From contig NW_027117338.1 in assembly GCF_038025025.1 (NCBI RefSeq), forward strand, positions 1,984,001-2,048,000: 64,000 nt of DNA, given 5' to 3'. Origin of the DNA: Phyllosticta citribraziliensis (taxonomy: Eukaryota). The position numbers and the translations under genes were made by a program. Positions 36,001 through 45,788 of this stretch are shown here, piece by piece (within the stretch, counting starts at the first letter, position 1; every line of letters begins with the position of its first letter). The notes under the pieces were generated by a model. It had not been told where the DNA came from. It did no database searches and saw only the letters and a list, made by a program, of their open reading frames with translations.

Positions 36001-38705
36001 TCACATATACGCAAAGTAGAACAGGAACTGGACACCAAACAAGATTGTCGCCACAAATCCAGTCGAAGGCGGCGAAAACTGCCTGCCCTGGTGGTTGTTC
36101 AACGGCGGCGTCGTTCCAGGAGGTGTAGTCCCTGAAGGCGACGGGACGATAGGAACAGTCAGCATCATCGACGTCGTGTTACCCGTATTGTTGCCCGGAA
36201 CACCAGTCGGACGGAAACCAGGGCCCGTGCCAGTAGGGAACGGCGGGAAAACGCCTGGCCTGGGTGTCGTGGTGAAAACAGGAGTGGTCGGCGGGAAAAC
36301 ACCGGGTCGATAGGGTGTGTTCGTAGCCGGAGTGACGGGGGTCCGAAGTGGTGTGGTTGGCAGAGTTCCTGTTCCAGGAATAATGGGCGTGCCACGAATC
36401 GGTGTAATTGGCGTGACTGGCGTCCGCGTCCCGGAAGGCGTCTTCGGCGTCGAGAATGGACCGAAGACGACAGGCGTCGTAGGTAGCTCGACATTGAACG
36501 AAGTCTTGGGAGTCTTTGGCGTCATGGGAGACATTGGGGTCATAGGTGTCATAGGTGTTTTGACTATGGGGGTCGCGGGAGTCGTAGGAGTCAGCAGTGT
36601 CGTAGGAGTGACGGGGGTAGTGAAAATAGGAGTCGTGCCAGGCGGAGGAACTTGGTTGCCCCCCGGTGGGACGCGAACAGGAGGGCCCCCTTGGACTGGT
36701 GTTGTCTCGGGTCGAGGAGGAACAACAACTGGCGGAATCTGCGGCGTTGCAGGTGGAGCAGCGGGTGGCGTGACGACCACGATGGATGTTGAAATTGATG
36801 GCGTCGAAACCGGCGGGGGGACAACAATTGGCGGGCCACGGTTCGGCGGCTGCTCTGGAGGAGGCGGACCGCGATTCGGTGGCTGTTCAGGTGGTGGCTG
36901 CTGAGGAACACTCGGTGGACCGCGGCTGGGTGGTTGTTCAGGGACGGGCGGAGGTTGCTGAGGAACGCTCGGTGGACCGCGGCTGGGTGGTTGTTCAGGG
37001 ACGGGCGGTGGTTGCTGAGGAACGCTCGGTGGACCGCGGCTGGGTGGTTGTTCAGGGACGGGCGGAGGTTGCTGAGGAACGCTCGGTGGACCGCGGCTTG
37101 GTGGCTGTTCAGGAACAGGCGGGGGCTGCTGAGGCACCCTTGGTGGCTGCTCAGGGGGTGGTCCACGATTCGGAGGGAGCTCAGGAACAGGAGGAGGCCG
37201 CTGTCCACTTCCAGGAGGCGATCCTTGCTTGCCACCAGGCGGGCGAGGAGGGGGAACAAAGGCCACGGGCGGCGCTGGAGGAGGAGATTCGGATGTCTTG
37301 GGCGGAGGCGGAGCTGGCCTGGGCGGGACGACGACAGCAGGCGGCTGCTGCGGTGGAGGCCTCTCCGGTGGGGGCGATTGCTCTGGAGGCGGTTGCTCTA
37401 CGGGAGGAGGCTGCTCTGGCGGAGGAGATTCAGGTGGAGGTTGTTCGGGCGGAGGAGATTCGGGCGGAGGAGATTCAGGCGGAGGAGATTCAGGCGGAGG
37501 AGATTCAGGCGGAGGAGATTCTGGAGGAGGAGATTCAGGCGGAGGAGATTCTGGAGGAGGAGATTCTGGTGGAGGAGAAGATTCAGGGGGCGGCGCCGGA
37601 GCCTCAGGCGGCGAGACAGGAGGCGGCCTGACAACAGGAACTTCCGGAGTTGTTGGCGGTGGCTGTTGAGGGGGAGGTGGAGGCCTGACGACAGGAACTT
37701 CCGGAGTGCTTGGCGGTGGCTGTTGAGGGGGAGGTGGAGGCCTGACGACAGGAACTTCCGGAGTGCTTGGCGGTGGCTGCTGAGGTGGCTGTTGAGGGGG
37801 AGGTCTAACGACTGGAACTTCTGGTGTGCTTGGTGGTGGCTGTTGAGGCGGTTGTTGAGGGGGCACACCGACGGGGACAACTGGAGTCGTCACCTGTGGC
37901 GGCGGTTGAGGAGGCCCTACAAAGGGCACGACAGGAGTCGAAACCGCGGGAGGCGTCACAGGAACTTGGGGGGTGGTGAAAGGCAAAGTTGAAGTGACCG
38001 TAACTGGCGTTCCAGGAACTGTGACAAAAACCGTAGTTGGAATGCAGATTTCCGAGACCACCGGCGAAAAGACTGGCGCTGCTGGTATGATAGGTATGAC
38101 TGGACTTGTGGACGTAGGGACTGGAGTCGAAATCGACGTGGTAGGCACAGGCGGCGGAGGCGCAACTACGCCAGGCTGGCTGGTCTTGATGGTGATCCGT
38201 GCCGTTAGTGTCGAAGTGATTTTTGTTGTTGTTGTAGGTTCAGGCGTAGTGGCCGGGGGAGCGGTTCCACCACCGAACGGTGGAAGCACTCCAATTGGAG
38301 TCTATCAGAGCCCTCACGTTGGTGTGGTCCCAAGGGGATTGCTTGAGTGTTTGGGGCAAGACTCACCTGGGTGGGCGCGCCAAGTGGCGTGGCTGTCAAA
38401 GAACCAGTGCAATTCTTTGCAATATATGTAAACGGGGTTGGAGTGCCAGCCTCGTTCGCCGTTGCCGTAATCTGACATGACTGAGGAAGTCCAGTAATAG
38501 GCGCAGTAATGAGGAGGACAGGAAAGGAAGTCTTGTCATTCTTCACATCGACGCGCAGCGCAGGCTGTCCAAGAATGTTGACTGGGACGGAATCGCGACG
38601 CGCAAGCGCAGCGCTGGCTGGTGCGATCCCAATGAGCAAGGCGACGACGGTCATGTACACCAGGCAGGCCATGGTGATCCCACCAGGGCGTGCTGGGCGA
38701 GGCAT
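36001..38705 (-). CDS. Secreted, probably GPI-anchored Pro/Thr-rich repeat surface protein (about 880 aa); intron 38302-38366
   Basis: Hydrophobic signal peptide (LVYMTVVALLIGIAPASAALA), a small 2-Cys N-terminal domain, long Pro-rich tandem repeats, a TP-rich stalk and a hydrophobic C-terminus FVATILFGVQFLFYFAYM. Confidence 0.82.
36830..37870 (-). repeat. Nested coding minisatellites: 57-nt (VPQQPPPVPEQPPSRGPPS), 15-nt (ESPPP) and about 60-nt (PPQQPPPSTPEVPVVRPPP) units
   Basis: ctgaggaac recurs at 36901, 36958, 37015 and 37072 (57-nt period); ggaggagattc recurs every 15 nt over about 37420-37570; acaggaacttccggag recurs at 37634, 37691 and 37748-type spacing. Confidence 0.9.
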
Positions 38706-39509
38706 CTTTGCGCAGTCGGTTGCGCGCAAGAAGTGCAAATGAAATGAACGAGTGAGCGTCGTGTGGATCGATTCTGAATCAGTGAACGTTTTTTTCGCGC
38801 CGGCGCAATACAATCTTTGTGAAAGGAGTGTCAGTGTAGCTGAGAGAGAGGTGTGGAGGAGGAAAGGAGAAGTAGTGGTAGGGTATATTTCTATGAAACG
38901 ACCAAATCACGTGGCGAAGTCAGATCGCAGGACCCTTGTTCAGGGCCAAACCCGCACCCTCTAGGCAAGGTAGCCACAGTCGCTAATCCTTCCGACTGTT
39001 TGCTGTCTGTCCAAGCCGCTTCTGTACCACGTAGAGAGTCAGCTTTGTCCACGCTGTCACCTCCCGCGCTACACAGCCGCCTCCGATTTAGGGCCTACCT
39101 ATAACACCTCTTATAAGACATTGGTCTTCGCTGCAATGCCATGTTCATAAGATTGTTGTATTCCAAGTCTTCTTTCTGCCAGTTCATAGGTCCAGCAATT
39201 GTCAGCCAAAGGATATGTGCAGCATTGGAGTGGTTGAGTACAGTCTATGTAGTGCCGTCGGTCAATGGGCTTCCTGGCTTGTCTGCATTAGACCGTCAGC
39301 TTTTTCCACAAGGTCGAGAAATTCAATCGAAAATGACCTTACTAGTAGCTGCAACTGGCATTCTTCCGTCCATCTGCCCTAGAGCGTTCAATGATAAGAA
39401 ACCACGCTTAGAACAACTCATGTATCCCGATTTCCCTGCCCCGTGCGCGAGATGGAACAAGGCACATCCAAGCTAATCAGGGTCGACAGCAGCGGGTCCC
39501 TGGACACTC

Positions 39510-40492
39510 TCAATCCTTGTACATGGCCTCTAGGTACTCTAGCATCTTTCTTTGCAACTTGACCAGTTCGGACTCGGTAATTTTCCTCTTTGCCAGCAAA
39601 AGTTGCTTTTCTTCCTCAGCATTTTCATCCTTCACGATTAATTCGGGCCTGACGCCGAAAAACGGCACGCCAAGACTCTTCAGATGACCAGACATGGCGA
39701 TGAACATTTCGCGCAGTGCCCGGTGGATTTTGGCGTCGTAGGCCTGGAGCTCCTCTGGAGAAACTCTCTGATTCATTCTGGCTCGTCTGCCGCCCCACCT
39801 ATTTCAAGTCAGATTCAAAAACACCTAAAGAGCGTGCGGTGTTTGGAAGCTCACCACATAAGCTCATTCTCATGCTGATCCGCAATCATCTGTAATATAG
39901 CCTAAGTTTAAGCTTGGCGGCACAGGAGCTTGGTACCTACCTTTTGGACCACGACTCTGATACCGGGGTTTTGAGCCGCAATTTTGGTTATGCACCGCAG
40001 ACCCTGCGACCATTCCAGTATAGTTGCAGGATCTATCATGGGAGGTTTTCCCGCCTGGGCTGCTTGCGGCTTGGGTGTTGGAGTCTTTTGTGGCGTTGTA
40101 GAACGAGGGCCGCTAGCCATTTGAGGGTAGTTCATGGGTTGTGACAAACGTGCTGATGCCTGAGAATCTTGAGAGATATTAAAGGTATTGACGGAAGGTG
40201 TAGAATTGTCGTAGCCGGGGACATTGTGAGAAGCTAGCGAGAAATCGTTATGAAAAGGAGCGGGTGCCGTGGATGCGGAGTTCTCATAGGCTGCTGCTGA
40301 GCTAGAAGCGTGGGTTGACGTGCCGTAGCTCGCCGGGGGTAGTCCAATTGGAGACGGATATTGTTGCTGAGGAGCAGTGGCTTGACCTGCTTGTCTCTGT
40401 TGCTGCTCCTGCTGCTGCTGTTGTGCGATTGCCGCCAGATTGTTCAGTATCGTGGCCAAGTCGGGCGTTTGGCCATGGTTGGGTTGGTCCAT
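39510..40492 (-). CDS. Conserved fungal protein, DUF2458-like; 2 introns (39890-39940, 39798-39854)
   Basis: Q/S/P-rich N-terminus, then DPATILEWSQGLRCI...MIADQHENELMWW...ELQAYDAKIHRA...LGVPFFG...ELVKLQRKMLEYLE. Confidence 0.7.
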
Positions 40493-40855
40493 GATGGAGA
40501 GAAGGTAGCTTGAGCTCCGCTGCTGTGTTTTTGCACAACTGGGCTCAGCCACTGGAGAGGATATAGAGCTCAGAGTGCCAACATGTCCACCGAAGCGGCT
40601 CCTTCCACATGCCAAGCCGAGGTGCGGATGGACATTACAAGCAGTTGGAGACGTGCTTGGAGTCGTTGTCGTTGTCGTGACGTAGGGACCAATGGCACGG
40701 GCTGGATTTGGTGGCCGCGCCAAGCCAGCGCAACCCATGGCCATCGAAGAAAGTTCGGCCGCGGATGAGACCACTCCTCGACATCGCCAACTTCTCCGCC
40801 ACTCCCACCGCACCGTCCAACGCATTTTCGCCAATTCGAGCAATCTCCAGCGACA

Positions 40856-41706
40856 ATGCCACGAGCCGTCAAAGATGCGACCATGTTTACGGCCACCGGG
40901 CCCTACGCGCACTCGAAAGCTACAAACGTTCCACTGAACCAAGCTCCCGCCGGCCAACGAAAGGAATCGCCGCAAGAAAAGATCGCCCGCCTGCGGGCCG
41001 CTGCACAGCAAGCAAAAGTCGGCCAAGAGTCGCAATTCGACAGATATGTGTCCAAGGGACGTGCATTCGCCGACAAGGCCCATCGCTTCACAACGTTGAG
41101 CTTGATAGCATTTACCGGTATGAGTCTCTACCGTGGACCTCTCGGATGCTACAAAATCTAATTGGAGCTGCAGGGGTCGCTGGCATTGTGTCCGCCCTGG
41201 CCGTGACCGACATGATCATTTACAACCGCAAGAAGAAGAGGGAGTGGTTCCACGAGCAAAAGCAGAAGCACGCCATTGCCCTCGCCGAAGCCAGACTAGC
41301 CCTGACCGACGGAACCATTACCCACGACCAAATGCTCCTTCTCAATCGTGAGCGTGCAGCCGAGGAGGCCGAAGCAATCAAGAGGAATAAAAAGGGGATT
41401 TTTGCGCGTGCAAAGGAATCCATGTTTGGGGGGCTATCAAAAGAAGAGCAGACTGGTGGAAAACTAGCTGCCACAACCCGGGATAACGCAGGTGGCGAAG
41501 GTGTTTTGGCTGCTGTCCAAGACGCTGCCACGCACGGCAAAGAGGCCATCGGCGAATCAAGCATCGCAAGGACCTTGGAGAAGAGGAGAGAAGGCGAAAA
41601 GGCTCAGTCGCTGACACCAGGACCGCTTGATCGCATGGCCGATGACGCGACGCAGGCAGCCACCCAAAAGTCCAAGAGCTGGACAAGCTGGATAACTGGT
41701 CGGTGA
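40856..41706 (+). CDS. Cox14-like cytochrome c oxidase assembly domain protein; intron 41118-41173
   Basis: DATMFTATGPY...ESPQEKIARLR...GRAFADKAHR followed by one TM segment and YNRKKKREW, matching Pezizomycotina COX14-domain proteins as I recall them. Confidence 0.72.
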
Positions 41707-41907
41707 GGACCAAATCACGGCTAGCATACGATTGAAACTGGCCTTGGTCACAGCGGCATTGCACAGACTTTCTTGTATCATAGTATACCTCCCATCCTGC
41801 GACTGGGATATCAGAGAGATGCATAATCGGAGTCCAGCGTTCGGAGTTTGGGTCTGAACTGATTTTTGCGGGTATTCTACAAACGCCTGACCATTACAAA
41901 ACAAGCC

Positions 41908-42554
41908 TTATTGGTCTCCTTGGGTTGAGACTGGAATATACGTTCTCCGCTCGTTGGCTTTCTTTGGAAAGTGTCAGCGCAATATCGTGGCTGGCTTGGG
42001 GGTCAATACCTCTCGCCACTGCTCAATGTAGGGTCTCAAGGCAGCATATATCAACAAGCCTGCTGTTGCGATGATGAATATCAAGACGACTGCCTGGTCC
42101 TTGGCCGAATCCCTCTCTGGGTGTCGCGTTAGCTGCGTAGGATGGGGCGTCTGGGGCAGGCTTACGGAAGCATTCGGTGAAGACGTCCTCCTCTTTTGCT
42201 CCTTTACATATGGGTAGATTGTAGTTCAGACAGAACTGCCTATTGCAATCGTTGCATGTCCTCTCCCTGTGTTTGGTCTTGGTGGCTCGTCGTTCGTGGT
42301 CGCGGTCGAACAGGTCTGAAATGTCCTTTACGTTGTTGGTGCCCGTCTTGGAGTATGTCGAAGATGGCAGCCCATTCAGCTGAATGATGCTGCTGTTGGT
42401 GAAGCAAGTGCACTTGCAGAATGACGCTGGTGCTACTCAAGGTGTTAGTTGGTGTCGCTGCTGGGGATGGGGGAGGCTGACATGCTGCAAAGACGGCAGA
42501 GAAGAGGGAGAAGACGGCCAACAGCGTCAGCACCGCGTAGCTATGTCGCGACAT
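41908..42554 (-). CDS. Small Cys-rich secretory-pathway membrane protein (conserved fungal hypothetical), 3 introns
   Basis: Signal peptide, spliced FCKCTCFTNSTII...CNDCNRQFCLNYNLPICKGAKEEDVFTECF-RDSAKDQAVVLIFIIATAGLLIYAAL (TM), ending YIPVSTQGDQ*. Only partly visible in the ORF track. Confidence 0.8.
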
Positions 42555-42882
42555 GGTGTCTGAGGCGGAGCGGAAGATTCGTGGGGGTTGTAGGCATGCG
42601 CCTGCGCAATGGTCGCGCTCAGCGAGCGTCAGGTCGCGGGCAAGCATCCAAGCCGCAACGCAACTTACCCTGCGAATCTTGGCGTGGGACGAGCGTACCG
42701 GGGGACAAGGAAGCTGTCGGTGCGGCCCGAGACATTTTGCTTGCGACTCGTCTCTAATCCTGCGCCTCCGCACCCAACTCCAATCGCCAGCTCAACATGC
42801 GCTGAAATGTCGCAATAGCATTCTCGCCCTCAGCCTGACTCTGGTGGTTGCCTACAACACTCGTCTTACCGCTGCGCCTGCC

Positions 42883-44592
42883 ATGACCGTCGCACAAGCG
42901 CTTACCGATTCATCCTCCGCTCGCGAAGAAAGCACCCCGGAGCGCACTCGCCTCCACATCACACCCTTCAATCCTGACTTGCTGAAGACCTTTGTCCCCT
43001 CTTCAATTCTCCCGCACGCGTCGGGCATATCATACCACTCCGTGCAGACTTTCCCGGAAAAGGGCTTCGGCTTCGTCGAGATACCAACCATGGAAGCACA
43101 AAAGATCAAGAAGAAGTTCAACGGGTCGATTCTGAGGGGGCAAAAGGTGCGCATTGAGGACGCGCTCCCAGAAAAGAGAAAACGAGTGCTTGAAGATATA
43201 CAAGCGGACGTCGCAGCGGAGGAGCCAGACAAGAAGCCTAGAAAGAAGGCGAAGAAGGCCAAGGCCAAGGACGGTGTTCTCTCTGGAGTCGAGTTGCCGG
43301 ACGGCCGCAACGTCAAGCGCGGCTGGACTGAGCCAGAGTCTTCCACAAAGCGCAAAAGCAAGGACAAGAAGGAAAAAGACAGCAAGAACAAGTCACAGTC
43401 ATCCAAGTACACGACGGAGCCAGAAGTGCTGTTCAAGACAAAGGTGCCTCCGAATACTGTTCCGCTGGTCAAGGCCGACAAGGCCGTGGAAAAGCCCAAA
43501 AAGTCGAAAAAGTCCACTCGCGAAGTTCTTGTGCACGAATTCGCCAAGACTACGAAGCATGCTGCATTCTTAAAGAGCAACCAGATCCCCAAGGATGCCA
43601 AACATGCGGCCGAGTATGTCGAGGGCCAAGGCTGGGTCGATGAGGAGGGAAATATCGTGGAACCCGAGTCAGACAAGCGTCGCAAGCGCAAGGAGGCTGA
43701 AGCTGAAGCCGCTCGCAAACGTGCTGAGGCTGTTGCCCTGAAGACGCGCACTAGTTCAGAGGCAAGCAAAAGGAAGACTGCCCTCGAACGCGCGGAAGAA
43801 TTGGAGGCTCGGAAACAAGCCTCGGCGGCTGACACAAAACGCCAGGATATCTCTGAGGATGAATCAGATGATGCCTCGTCAGTTGTTTCTTCGAGCACCT
43901 CCAATGTGAGCAGCAGTGAAGGTGAAGCCCCTGAAGATTCGGCTTCCGGAGAGTCGTCTTCAGCCGAATCTGATGTCATCAGCCAGCAGGAAAAAGATGG
44001 CGAGGCTGCGCCAAAAGAGGCCGTTGACACTGAAATGGCTGATGCAGTGGTTGAGGCAACTGACGACGCCGGAAACGCGCCAACCGAAGTCCATCCCTTG
44101 GAGGCGCTCTTCAAGAGACCCCAATTGCCTGATTCAGATGCACCGTCCAAGCTCGCTCCAATCAACACCTCGTTCAGCTTCTTCGGAGGAGATGCTGACG
44201 AAGAAGCCAATGAGGAACAAGTAAATACGGATGCGCCACTCACTCCATACACGCGGCAAGACCTGCAGGTACGCGGCGTTCGAAGTGCAGCGCCAACGCC
44301 GGATACCGCTGCCGTGGGCAAGAAATTCTGGCGGGACGAGATGGACGAGGATGACGAAGATGTTGAAGACAGCCTACTCATGCATCATGATGTCAATGCA
44401 GTGCCGGTAAGATCGAAACACGCTGACGCCGCCCAAGAAGAAGGTGCTGGAGAGGAGGAGCAAAGCGAGTTTGCTAAGCACTTTTGGGAGCATCGCGGCG
44501 AGTACAACCGGGCTTGGAAGAAAAGGAGAAGAGAGTCGATGAAGGCGCAGCGACAGAGAGAGAACAAGAGGCTTGGTAGAAAAGTGGTCTAG
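42883..44592 (+). CDS. RRM-containing, Lys/Ser/acidic-rich probable nucleolar protein (Nop8/Srp40-like)
   Basis: N-terminal RRM (RLHITPF...KGFGFVEI...FNGSILRGQKVRIEDA), K-rich and S/D/E tracts, and C-terminal FWEHRGEYNRAWKKRRRE. Confidence 0.78.
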   Translation: MTVAQALTDSSSAREESTPERTRLHITPFNPDLLKTFVPSSILPHASGISYHSVQTFPEKGFGFVEIPTMEAQKIKKKFNGSILRGQKVRIEDALPEKRKRVLEDIQADVAAEEPDKKPRKKAKKAKAKDGVLSGVELPDGRNVKRGWTEPESSTKRKSKDKKEKDSKNKSQSSKYTTEPEVLFKTKVPPNTVPLVKADKAVEKPKKSKKSTREVLVHEFAKTTKHAAFLKSNQIPKDAKHAAEYVEGQGWVDEEGNIVEPESDKRRKRKEAEAEAARKRAEAVALKTRTSSEASKRKTALERAEELEARKQASAADTKRQDISEDESDDASSVVSSSTSNVSSSEGEAPEDSASGESSSAESDVISQQEKDGEAAPKEAVDTEMADAVVEATDDAGNAPTEVHPLEALFKRPQLPDSDAPSKLAPINTSFSFFGGDADEEANEEQVNTDAPLTPYTRQDLQVRGVRSAAPTPDTAAVGKKFWRDEMDEDDEDVEDSLLMHHDVNAVPVRSKHADAAQEEGAGEEEQSEFAKHFWEHRGEYNRAWKKRRRESMKAQRQRENKRLGRKVV

Positions 44593-45788
44593 ACGTCACG
44601 AGAAGGTTGACATGGCCGGTTGCCGCAAGCCTGTCATTGCCACTGTGTACGTAGGCCACATGAAAGTCGCGTGGGATTTGTGCAAATGCAAGCCTATTTT
44701 TGGGAGCTCCACAGGCGCAGAAGCGTCGCACGATCCGAATTATTCGAGATTGTTCAGGCGTCGACGATCTCCGTTCTGATTGCTTTTCTTTGGCAGTCTC
44801 TTGGCACCGGTCTCCTATTTGCGAGCAAAAAGTCTCGGTTTGATGGCACATGCCCGCCTTCAACCCCCGATACTGGCTGATTGCGTCTTGTTGCTTTTCC
44901 CCAAGGCCCCAAAAATTCTCGAGCTTGGACACTCGGCGCCACCGTCTTGACAAACTTTTTGCCCAACTCTCATCTACGGCCGAAGCTTGTTATAGTTGGT
45001 GTTTAAAACAAGGCTGATCGCCATATTAAATCAGAGTCGACTGTAGTGCTGCATCATGCACTAGCAACCGGCTGGTATCCCAAGGCCGGGGTTTGATTGA
45101 CAGCCAGTTTTGGTCGGGCCGCGAGCGCGAGTGCTACCAACCTCGACGCCATGACAACCTGTACGACCAAAGGTCCGCCCGCTGGAAGCATCCGTCTGCT
45201 GGACCAAAAGCGCCATGTCAGCTCCCCCCATCCATCAGAGTTTAGTCACTCGGCTCGATCCACTGACAAATTTCTTGAAGAAAGAGGCAGAGGTCACGAT
45301 TAGGTTTGGAGGGTTTGTGTAGATTCGCTTGCTTTCTTTTCCGCGTTTTCATTGCTTCTTCGAGGAACAGCAACAGGACTTTGGGGGCTCATCTCACCAG
45401 GGCCACGGCTTATTTGCCGAAACGGCAATCGTCCGAGGCCTTTGATTCAGTGTGGTGTTTTCCATGTTCCTGTTGCCAGTCGTGCTGGAGTGAGATGCAA
45501 ATGGGACAAAACTACCTGATATCATGTTTGTCTACATCCTACCCACAACACCTCATTTTTTCCTCCACTCCTTTGGTGTAGCTTACTGTCTTTCTCTGTT
45601 TTTTGGTCCCTGCATGCCATTCCTTCAGCCTGACCTCTTCCACGTAGTGTGTTACCATTTTCGTCTCACTCCACCTTTCCGTTCCCCCGTCGTCGAGCCC
45701 AGCTGGTGGCATCCCACGTTTTTCACTGTTACAGAGGCACTCGAACACCCTTGCAAAACAGCTGACAGGCGCTGCGCAAATTACTGCT

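Noticed and set aside
36095..38431. Long plus-strand Gly/Arg/Trp-rich ORFs (e.g. 36934-37992)
   Set aside because: Antisense shadows of the Pro-rich repeat gene.
42852..44381. 509-aa minus-strand Ser/Phe-rich ORF; likewise 19839-20930, 11033-11866 and 7988-8479
   Set aside because: Antisense shadows of well-supported genes on the other strand, with no motifs of their own.
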